Shown here piece by piece: positions 53,155-60,651 of a DNA stretch of 64,000 bases; the stretch's first letter is position 1; each line of letters begins with the position of its first letter. The notes under the pieces were generated by a model, which worked only from the letters and a program-made list of their open reading frames with translations, was not told the origin of the DNA and searched no databases. This DNA is from an uncultured Rhodobacteraceae bacterium. Its GTDB lineage: Bacteria > Pseudomonadota > Alphaproteobacteria > Rhodobacterales > Rhodobacteraceae. The position numbers and the translations under genes were made by a program. The stretch is from assembly GCA_947494445.1 (NCBI GenBank), contig CANLVD010000005.1, positions 184,947 to 248,946 on the forward strand, read 5' to 3'.

Positions 53155-53226
53155 CCTTAGGGCAGCTGCAAGAGGCGATTCTCTACCCGCCACGATCCGA
53201 ACACAGTTAACGGAGAACATTTGGCG

Positions 53227-53264
53227 TTAAGCACTGGTTAACCAGCAAGATTGCCCTATATAAT
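53227..53264 (+). promoter_or_regulatory. candidate CtrA-dependent promoter: TTAA-N7-TTAAC box over the -35 position plus a TATAAT -10
   Basis: The box TTAAGCACTGGTTAAC (53227-53242) is a perfect match to the alphaproteobacterial CtrA consensus. TATAAT lies at 53259-53264, 16 nt downstream of the box. Confidence 0.5.
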
Positions 53265-53422
53265 GGGTTCGATCAGCTGAAAAACGCCAAAAGATGACAA
53301 AAACACATGTTTGATATGCATATGATGCATGGCAGTCATGACGAGAATGCACTACTGAATGGTCAAAAAATTGTCATATTGCGCGTCACACCGATTAACC
53401 GGATGAAATGAGGTAGAACGTA

Positions 53423-53737
53423 ATGTTCGATTACGTTGATGAAAATGCTTTCTCCTACGATCAGGGGAAACGCTCACAGAAATTGTTCGCCGCCGTTGTG
53501 CTGGCAGCATTGGATGACGCCATCGCTGATGACAAGAAATACGGCAATGGTCCGGATGTCATTGCCAGATGGGCACGCTCTCGCGATGGGCGCGAGGTCC
53601 TGATGTGCGCTGGCATTGATCCGAACGAGCGGACTGTCAAAGGTATGATGGATTTTGTTGGCCGTGGTGTCAGAACTTCTGTCGCACTTAGCCGCGAAGA
53701 AAGCGAACGTCAGGCTTTGGCGCGCGACGCCGCCTGA
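53423..53737 (+). CDS. small orphan cytoplasmic protein (possible regulator)
   Basis: 104 aa with a GAGG Shine-Dalgarno 7 nt upstream. No signal peptide or TM helix, and no family recognised. Confidence 0.55.
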   Translation: MFDYVDENAFSYDQGKRSQKLFAAVVLAALDDAIADDKKYGNGPDVIARWARSRDGREVLMCAGIDPNERTVKGMMDFVGRGVRTSVALSREESERQALARDAA

Positions 53738-53752
53738 TTTCCAAGAAACCAA

Positions 53753-53774
53753 ATGCCCGCCACTGGCAGGGCAT
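53753..53774. terminator. hairpin between convergent genes (weak terminator candidate)
   Basis: ATGCCCGCCACTGGCAGGGCAT is an imperfect stem-loop. An A-run precedes it, giving a U-run on the minus strand. Confidence 0.35.
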
Positions 53775-53799
53775 CTGTCGATGATCCTAGGCGATTGCG

Positions 53800-54429
53800 T
53801 TAACCGCAGTCGCCCAGTCCTTTTCTAGCGAAGATTTCCACACGTCGATTGCGCGGGTCAGATCCGGCAACGCCCGGTAATGGGCTGGTTTCACCGGCAC
53901 CCACCAGCCAGAACCCGAAACCTTCCGTGCCGATCCGATCTTCAAGGAAGCGCCTGACCAGCTCGGCGCGCCGCAAAGAGACCCGGGCATTTGCATCCTC
54001 TGCGCCGATGGTGTCGGCATGGCCCACAAGTTTGATGCAGGTTCCCTGAAATTCTGGCAGCCGCAATGCATTTGCCAGCTTATTCAGAATCTGCTCAACC
54101 TCGGCGGAAAGCGAACTCGAACTGGCCATGGCCACCGAAAAACTGCCCGTATCAACACTTGCCGCAGGCAGGTTTGTCTGAATGATCTCAGGCTGCGGGG
54201 CAGGGGTCGGAGCGATCGTCTGGGCTGGCGCAAGATCGGCATCTCCACCTTTGGACAAGGCAGTGTGGCAGGTTGCGCGGTCCATGCCGTAAAGTGAAAA
54301 CAGGACTTTGCAATGGGCGTCCACGACCTCTGGTGCAAGCGGGCGTTCGTTTGCAAGAGCGGAACTCATTGAACAGCAGCAAGCAGCGATTAGCGCTAGT
54401 GCAAGACGCGGCAGGTTTGGTAGTCGCAT
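53800..54429 (-). CDS. OmpA-like peptidoglycan-binding (lipo)protein
   Basis: Signal peptide with possible lipobox LIAAC. C-terminal OmpA_C-like motifs (VGHADTIG...NARVSLRRAE...NRRVEI). Confidence 0.8.
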   Translation of the reverse strand: MRLPNLPRLALALIAACCCSMSSALANERPLAPEVVDAHCKVLFSLYGMDRATCHTALSKGGDADLAPAQTIAPTPAPQPEIIQTNLPAASVDTGSFSVAMASSSSLSAEVEQILNKLANALRLPEFQGTCIKLVGHADTIGAEDANARVSLRRAELVRRFLEDRIGTEGFGFWLVGAGETSPLPGVAGSDPRNRRVEIFARKGLGDCG

Positions 54430-54595
54430 GACGGTGTCCTCCTGCGCGGTTTAATAAAAACAAGTCAATAACGCTTCGTAAACGGCGAGGCCCCGTCTTA
54501 AGCCAAGGGCCTGGGAATAATTTTCGGATGCTTCACGGTTAATTTACCGCCCTCAGTCATTTGACGTCACAAATGCCGGGAAGGAGGGAATATCC

Positions 54596-55738
54596 GTGCC
54601 AAAACAATCTGATCGCATGATCTGGCTGGATTGCCTTCGTTTGCTGGCGGGCGTGTCCATGGTCGGGCTTCATGCCTCTTCAGACGCAAACGGACTGCCA
54701 TTTCCTGATTTCCCAGCAGAAGAGCGCGTCTTCCCGGTGCTGTTTCGGTCCGTGATCTACATCGCGCGAACTGAGCTTTTTATCATCATTTCACTTTTCC
54801 TTTTGTGCATGGCCGTGGATGCACGACCTCGCAGCTATGCTGAAATGGTGCGCCAGCAGTTTCGCAGATTGATGGTTCCTTTTGCTTTTTGGGTTGTTGT
54901 TTTTGCGTTCTACAACCTCATCAAGGCACAGCAGTTCGGGTATGTTGATGCAATCCGCACGGACCTTGGAAGTCCTGTCGTCTGGTTAGGGTACTTCGTT
55001 CTGGGCGATGTGAAATACCATATGCATTTCCTTCCCACACTCTTTCCGCTGGTTTTCATGCTGCCACTTTACCGTCTGGCCGTCCGCCATCCGGAACTTG
55101 CATTGGTCATTCTGCTGTGTCTGGCAGCCAAACGTGAGATCGACATGTTCCTGTGGGCCAATCTCAAGGAGGTTGCCGGCTTTGACTACATCGTCCGCTT
55201 CATCAAGGTCCTGACGTATATGGGATATGGAATGGTGGCGGGAGCGTTCTATGGCATCTACACCCGGGGATTTTCCCGGACAGAGGGAACAGCATTGATC
55301 GGTTTAGCGCTGACGGTGGGTTTGATGCTCTATGCGCTCAAGCTCGCCTATTCCTGGCGGGTGATAAACACCGGCAATTGGCAATGGAATTTCACACCCG
55401 CCTTCTGGGCGGACTTTCTGATGCCGGTTGTTGTCTTTCTTGGTGTCATGGCTGCCTGCCACCGAGCATGGCCGTTGATCCTGAGCAAGCTCGCACCATT
55501 CAGTTTTGGCCTTTACCTTGCGCATCCACTGTTTCTTGATCTGGCGGAAATCGGATCGCGAAACTGGGACCTTTCACCCAGTCAATTGGTCATTGTGAAG
55601 GTCACGTTCGCAGTTCTGACCACATCCCTGTTTCTCGCAGGTCTGGCACGTTTCAAACCTCTTGCCTGGACCATAGGCATGGGGCCATTGCCAGGGATCT
55701 TGCGCCTCAAGCTCACGTCTTCGAAAGCCACTCAATGA
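54596..55738 (+). CDS. acyltransferase-3 family integral membrane O-acyltransferase (OpgC/OafA-like)
   Basis: GTG start behind AAGGAGGG. About 10 TM helices and the N-terminal WLDCLRLLAGVSMVGLH motif typical of Acyl_transf_3. Confidence 0.8.
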   Translation: MPKQSDRMIWLDCLRLLAGVSMVGLHASSDANGLPFPDFPAEERVFPVLFRSVIYIARTELFIIISLFLLCMAVDARPRSYAEMVRQQFRRLMVPFAFWVVVFAFYNLIKAQQFGYVDAIRTDLGSPVVWLGYFVLGDVKYHMHFLPTLFPLVFMLPLYRLAVRHPELALVILLCLAAKREIDMFLWANLKEVAGFDYIVRFIKVLTYMGYGMVAGAFYGIYTRGFSRTEGTALIGLALTVGLMLYALKLAYSWRVINTGNWQWNFTPAFWADFLMPVVVFLGVMAACHRAWPLILSKLAPFSFGLYLAHPLFLDLAEIGSRNWDLSPSQLVIVKVTFAVLTTSLFLAGLARFKPLAWTIGMGPLPGILRLKLTSSKATQ

Positions 55739-55772
55739 TACAAAAAATACACAAGAATGAAGCAGGTTTTCC

Positions 55773-57263
55773 ATGAGGTTGATGACTCAAACATACCGGC
55801 AAATCTGTCTGGTTTCACTTGACGACGAGCGGTTCGATCGCAAACGCGTGCCGTCCTTCATCAGTCAGATCAACGGCTTGATCAAAACAGGACAGCGACA
55901 TTTCGTGTTTGACTTCAGCAAGGTACGCCATGTCGATTTCTCGGCGCTGACGGCTGTGGTGACGGTATTCCAATCGCTGGGATCGGCAGGCTCTGCCGGA
56001 CTTTGCGGCCTTGATATCCGCGCCAGTGCCCGGTTGAAACAAGCTGGTCTTGAAAGTGTTTTCGTTCAATGGCCGGATGCGCGGGCCGCACTGAACTATT
56101 ATGGCTTGTCTCCCATCAATTGCTTGCGGACATCTGGCATGCAGGCGGTCGTATTGTCTGGGAAGAGATCCCAGTCAATCTGTTCCATGGCGCCTGGTCA
56201 AACCTCAGCAATGTTTCCTTTGCTGCACCGGCCCGTTCTTGACCATGTCCTGAACTATCTGTCGGTCCACGGACAGCGCAAGGTGGTTGCGAGTGTTGAC
56301 TACGGTATGCCGGAGATCGAAGGCTATTTCGGGCAAGGCGATGCATATGGAATAGACCTTAAGCTCTCGTCTGAAGCCATTATGACAGCAGCGGGCTCGG
56401 TCCCGGCACCCCTTGGCAGTACCGCCAGTCTGAGGCAGTCGCTTCTGTTGCATGGGCCCGGTGATATGCCGGTGCTGGCAATTACCATGGGCTGCCTGCC
56501 CCAAGTTGACCTGACGGCCATGCAGCGTGCGCATAATCGAACCGGAGCGGATATTACCTTGAGCGGCAGCGCAACGATCGGCAGGACTGCACCCTCCGAT
56601 AATCCGGTCTGGTTTGTGGATCACGATGGTGAGGTCAAGGGGCAGGGCAGTTTGCTTCAGGTGCCCCCTGATCTTGCCGGATTTGCAGATACGGGCGTCA
56701 TGATTCTGTCATCACGTGCACTGGATCTTCTCCCCGATGTTGAGGACTTCGATCTGGTTGCAGAATTCGTGCCTGTCGCGATCAAGTCCGGCCTGAAAGT
56801 GGCTCTGGTACGCGATGATGCCCAGAGGATGCTTCTATCGACCTTGTCGGACATCTATTCATCAACCTGCCACCTACTTGATCGCAATGCCTGTTCAAAC
56901 GCACAGGCCCAAGAAGCCTCGTATCTCTTCGCTGACCATGCCGCCACATGCCATATTTCACCCGATGCCCGTATTTCTGGACAGGTATCCTTTGGCACCG
57001 ATGTCGTTGTTCAGGCAGGAGTTGAAATTTCGGGCCCGACCGTTATTGGCGCGGGTAGCTTCATTGCCAAGAACAGCCGGATCAATCGATCACTTCTGAT
57101 GCCCGGCACCAATTTGGCTGAAGGCGCGCGCATCAATGACCTGATCGTCAACAACCAGCAGGCCATGCGTTTGCATCCGCAAAAAGCTGTTGTCGATCTG
57201 CCTGAGCCTGTCCTGCTCCGCCCTGATCAGGTGCCAGAGACACTCTCGAAACAGGCTTCATGA
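55773..57263 (+). CDS. fusion protein: N-terminal STAS (anti-sigma-antagonist-like) domain + sugar-nucleotidyltransferase-like domain + left-handed beta-helix hexapeptide repeats
   Basis: STAS-like block FVFDFSKVRHVDFSALTAVV...ARLKQAGLESVF (aa 8-108). NTP_transferase-like block AVVLSGKRSQS...FPLLHRPVLDHVLNYL...GYFGQGDAYGIDL. Hexapeptide repeats ISGQVSFGTDVVVQAGVEISGPTVIGAGSFIAKNSRI. Confidence 0.7.
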   Translation: MRLMTQTYRQICLVSLDDERFDRKRVPSFISQINGLIKTGQRHFVFDFSKVRHVDFSALTAVVTVFQSLGSAGSAGLCGLDIRASARLKQAGLESVFVQWPDARAALNYYGLSPINCLRTSGMQAVVLSGKRSQSICSMAPGQTSAMFPLLHRPVLDHVLNYLSVHGQRKVVASVDYGMPEIEGYFGQGDAYGIDLKLSSEAIMTAAGSVPAPLGSTASLRQSLLLHGPGDMPVLAITMGCLPQVDLTAMQRAHNRTGADITLSGSATIGRTAPSDNPVWFVDHDGEVKGQGSLLQVPPDLAGFADTGVMILSSRALDLLPDVEDFDLVAEFVPVAIKSGLKVALVRDDAQRMLLSTLSDIYSSTCHLLDRNACSNAQAQEASYLFADHAATCHISPDARISGQVSFGTDVVVQAGVEISGPTVIGAGSFIAKNSRINRSLLMPGTNLAEGARINDLIVNNQQAMRLHPQKAVVDLPEPVLLRPDQVPETLSKQAS

Positions 57264-57356
57264 GAGGCGTGGGATTCCTAAGATTTTAGGCATTTTCAGT
57301 TTTAATGCCCAAGCGATTTAACACTCTTTGACCGATTTGCTCCGATAAGTCCGAGC

Positions 57357-59363
57357 ATGAACATGATAAACGGATCCTTACCGGTATCAGATGCGCAGGA
57401 TGCGCAGAACACAGCACCGGACCCTCGGGTGGTAACCATCAGGGACCGTGTTCTGCCAAACTGGGCCAAGATCCTGATCGCAATCTTTGCGATAAGTTCC
57501 GGCCTGCTGGGGCTGTCTGTCTCTTTCCTGCCGCTGTTTTTTCTCGACTCTGCTATTTTGTCGGGATCCGCCGACTTGATCATGACGATTTTAGGGGTTG
57601 GGGCTGTCCTACTGTCGGGAAGCATGCTCCTGGATTTCATTCGCACCCAGATCCTTGCCGGTCTGGAAAGTGAGCAGAATCGCTACATCACTATTGTGGA
57701 GGCCTGTCTTGGATTGGCTGTCGCAGCGTTTCTGGCTCTGGTTCACCCTTTGCTTGTGTTTGGTGTTCTGTTCAGTGCGGTGCTGACGACGTTGGCGACA
57801 TTCATGTTCATGCGCTTCTTTCCTGTGGATCTCTCGGACAGTTTCGACAAGTCAGAGGCGGCTGCGATGCTGTCGGGCCGCGACCCGTTTGGGCTTTCAC
57901 TCAGTGTCCTTGGCAAGAGCAGGGTTCCGGTTCTGTTTGGCTCGGTGATGCAGCTTATCTCGGGCTTCGGATTTCTGATCGTCTTTGGCACGGGTGCATG
58001 GCTGGTCTCAGAGCATATGATTTCCGAGGGTGGCCTGGTGGCGGCGGCGTTTTTGAGTCTTCGCGCATCGCGTGCCTTTGCCGATTTTGCTCGGCTGGAA
58101 TTCGACAGTGAGGTGTCGCTGTTTGACTGGCTGATGGAACGTCGAAGTCAGGAACGGGCCATGCCTGCAAGCACATCGGATGATGACGTGATAACCGACG
58201 AAATGGCTGAGTCCGATGGACTGCTGGTGTCCAACCTGATGGTGCATTCTGTCGAAGATACCTCGCGTCTGGTCGGGCCGTTGGATTTCAAGGTCGCGAG
58301 AGGGCGTGTGCTGGGTCTGACTGGCGAACGGTCAGGCGGTAAATCTACAGTTCTGAAAGCCCTGATTGCCGGCAAGCGGGCCAATGGCTTTCATGTGTCG
58401 GGCACTGTTCTCATGGATGGCGCATTTCTGTGGCGCTGGAGTTCGCGAAACACCGGTCTGCAGGCCATGGCAGTCCCTGAATCGCCGGCAAACCTTCCGG
58501 GAAGTGGCATCGACAACGTCACGACCTTTGATGAGGAAATCGACGTGCGCGAGGCAAAGGCGGCATTGCAACGCATCGATGTGATGTCCGCTCATACAGA
58601 CCGTATTCTCACCACCAGTGATGCCAGAAGCCTGTCAGCACAGGAGACCAAAATTCTGGCGCTCGCCAGGACTTTTCTGCTTCGGCCAAAACTGTATCTG
58701 CTCGACATGCCGGAAAAGGATCTTTACCCGCGGGGACTGTTCGCTCTCGCCGATCTGATCCGCAAGGAAAAGGAGTTTGGCGCATCCTTTGTAATTGTCT
58801 CCAAAAACCGATCTATCCTGGACCTTTGTGATGAGGTGATTGTTCTTGAGTCCGGCAATATCAACGACCGTGGAACGGCTGAGGAAGTCCTCGCGCGCCA
58901 GGACTCCGGTTGTCATCGGATCGTCGTTGAGCAAAACCCGGATTCAGAAGATCGCCTGTCGGCTTGGGTCAGATCGCTCTACACCCGCAAAGGTGACGAG
59001 GAAAACAGAAAGACAGCTGCAGATCTTGTCAGCGATCTGATTGCCTACTCCTGTGCCGGATCGGGCGCGGCTCCGGGCCAGACCATCTTTGATCTTCGCC
59101 ATCAGGTCGGCTCGACCACGATCACGATGTATGATCATGGCCCCATGCTGTCGACCGTGCAGATTGCGGCAGTGCGGGAGTTGAAGGAAGCCCCTCCGAT
59201 CAACTCTCCCAAACGACCGTTGTGGAACATCGTCAACTCAAGTCTGGAGTTTCATCAGGAGGTCAGCGGCGATGCCGAGGAAACACGCGTCACCAAGGTA
59301 TCGTTCGAAATCTATGACCCACGGCTGAAAGGGGATCCATCATTGAAAGAGGCAGGCAAATGA
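57357..59363 (+). CDS. ABC exporter-like protein (TMD-NBD) with degenerate catalytic motifs and an extra C-terminal RsbW/SpoIIAB-like domain
   Basis: About 6 TM helices (aa 35-245). Walker A GERSGGKST is intact. The signature is LSAQE (canonical LSGGQ), Walker B is LYLLDMPE (no catalytic Glu), and the H-loop position is Lys. About 140 extra residues follow the NBD. Confidence 0.75.
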   Translation: MNMINGSLPVSDAQDAQNTAPDPRVVTIRDRVLPNWAKILIAIFAISSGLLGLSVSFLPLFFLDSAILSGSADLIMTILGVGAVLLSGSMLLDFIRTQILAGLESEQNRYITIVEACLGLAVAAFLALVHPLLVFGVLFSAVLTTLATFMFMRFFPVDLSDSFDKSEAAAMLSGRDPFGLSLSVLGKSRVPVLFGSVMQLISGFGFLIVFGTGAWLVSEHMISEGGLVAAAFLSLRASRAFADFARLEFDSEVSLFDWLMERRSQERAMPASTSDDDVITDEMAESDGLLVSNLMVHSVEDTSRLVGPLDFKVARGRVLGLTGERSGGKSTVLKALIAGKRANGFHVSGTVLMDGAFLWRWSSRNTGLQAMAVPESPANLPGSGIDNVTTFDEEIDVREAKAALQRIDVMSAHTDRILTTSDARSLSAQETKILALARTFLLRPKLYLLDMPEKDLYPRGLFALADLIRKEKEFGASFVIVSKNRSILDLCDEVIVLESGNINDRGTAEEVLARQDSGCHRIVVEQNPDSEDRLSAWVRSLYTRKGDEENRKTAADLVSDLIAYSCAGSGAAPGQTIFDLRHQVGSTTITMYDHGPMLSTVQIAAVRELKEAPPINSPKRPLWNIVNSSLEFHQEVSGDAEETRVTKVSFEIYDPRLKGDPSLKEAGK

Positions 59364-60556
59364 CACAGCCAGATCAGGCTCTGCCAAGGCGTAAAAAGCC
59401 ATCTGTGCTTCGCAAACTGGTTCGGGGCACCGTCGTTCTTTTGTTTACCGGGACGGTCTTCTTTGTCATCGGATGGAGTTGGGGCACTGAGGAAGAGCAC
59501 CTGACCTATCGGGGATGGATGAGTTCCCAAACTGTGGTGGAAACCATCACGATCCCCCGCAGCCACAGTCTTGTGCGGTTGGAAGTGACCGAAGGGCAGC
59601 GCATTCGCGAAGGCCAGCGCATCGCTGTGATCCAGCATAGACCGGACACGAAGCAAGACGTGAATGTAGCGGCCGAGATAGCAGAAATAGACGGGATACT
59701 TGCCTGTTTGACAGGTCAGAGAAGCGCAGGAATACCCGGAACCGACGTGCGTTCTCATGAAATTTGCGAGGCTTTGGCTCCACCAAACCAGATTGATGAC
59801 CCATCATCTGAACTTCAGGTGTTACGCTGGAGGCGTCTCGTCCTGGCATCAAGATTGCTTGACGAATACCAGGCGCAAATCGGACAATCTCCATCGGAAC
59901 TGGCGGCAGGATTATCGCTTTATCAGGATTCCCTGAAAGCAAGGTCGACCTCACTGGAAGGTGGCCTGAGAGCCAAGAGAGCTGGGGCAAATATTAACCC
60001 GGACTTGTTGCGTCAACAGCGTGAAAACCTTGCTGCGGTCCTGAACAAGGTCCGATCCCAATTGGTCAGCCGATCCCAGCAAGCACAGACACCACCCACC
60101 ATGATTGATCTGGTGGCACCACGCTCGGGCCGTATTGTACATCTGCGTGAAGGCGTATCCGGTGTCGAGGCCCGCCAGCCGATCACCCTTGCGCAGATCC
60201 TTCCGGAGACGGTGAGTCCGCCAACCGTGGTATTCGAGATCCCGATTGCCCAGTCGCAGACAATCTCTGTCGGGTCCGAAGTACTTGTGACCACGATCGG
60301 CTTGCCTTCGAAAAGTCAGGAGTTTGTAGGCTTGGTTACAAACCATCGTCTGACGTATTCCCCCGGAACAGACGCTCGGCGCATTGCTCTGACAGTCTTG
60401 TTGGATGACACCGTTGCCGCCGCAATTGAGCAGGATCCGGCATCAGCATTGATTCTGGATCCAGGGTCAATGACGCCTGTTGAGATCAAACCACGACATC
60501 GACCGCTTGGTCTGGTTGGCCTGAAAGCACGCATCCGAACTTTGGTGAGGCTCTGA
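59360..60556 (+). CDS. HlyD-family periplasmic adaptor (membrane fusion protein)-like
   Basis: ATGA overlap with the ABC gene. N-terminal TM helix, lipoyl-like hairpin halves (VRLEVTEGQRIREGQRIAVI ... APRSGRIVHLREG) and a coiled-coil middle. Confidence 0.75.
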   Translation: MTQPDQALPRRKKPSVLRKLVRGTVVLLFTGTVFFVIGWSWGTEEEHLTYRGWMSSQTVVETITIPRSHSLVRLEVTEGQRIREGQRIAVIQHRPDTKQDVNVAAEIAEIDGILACLTGQRSAGIPGTDVRSHEICEALAPPNQIDDPSSELQVLRWRRLVLASRLLDEYQAQIGQSPSELAAGLSLYQDSLKARSTSLEGGLRAKRAGANINPDLLRQQRENLAAVLNKVRSQLVSRSQQAQTPPTMIDLVAPRSGRIVHLREGVSGVEARQPITLAQILPETVSPPTVVFEIPIAQSQTISVGSEVLVTTIGLPSKSQEFVGLVTNHRLTYSPGTDARRIALTVLLDDTVAAAIEQDPASALILDPGSMTPVEIKPRHRPLGLVGLKARIRTLVRL

Positions 60557-60651
60557 CATGGCGATTACATCGGGAAAAATCGTCTCAACGTTATGCATTC
60601 ATTTACGGCATTTTGTTTTGAATGCCGCAAACCGGAAGAGTTAGAGACAGC

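Noticed and set aside
57264-57356. CtrA box between the STAS-fusion gene and the ABC gene (TTAA...TTAAC)
   Set aside because: The two half-sites are separated by 12 nt rather than 7, so this is not a consensus CtrA site. Only a lone TTAAC half-site remains.
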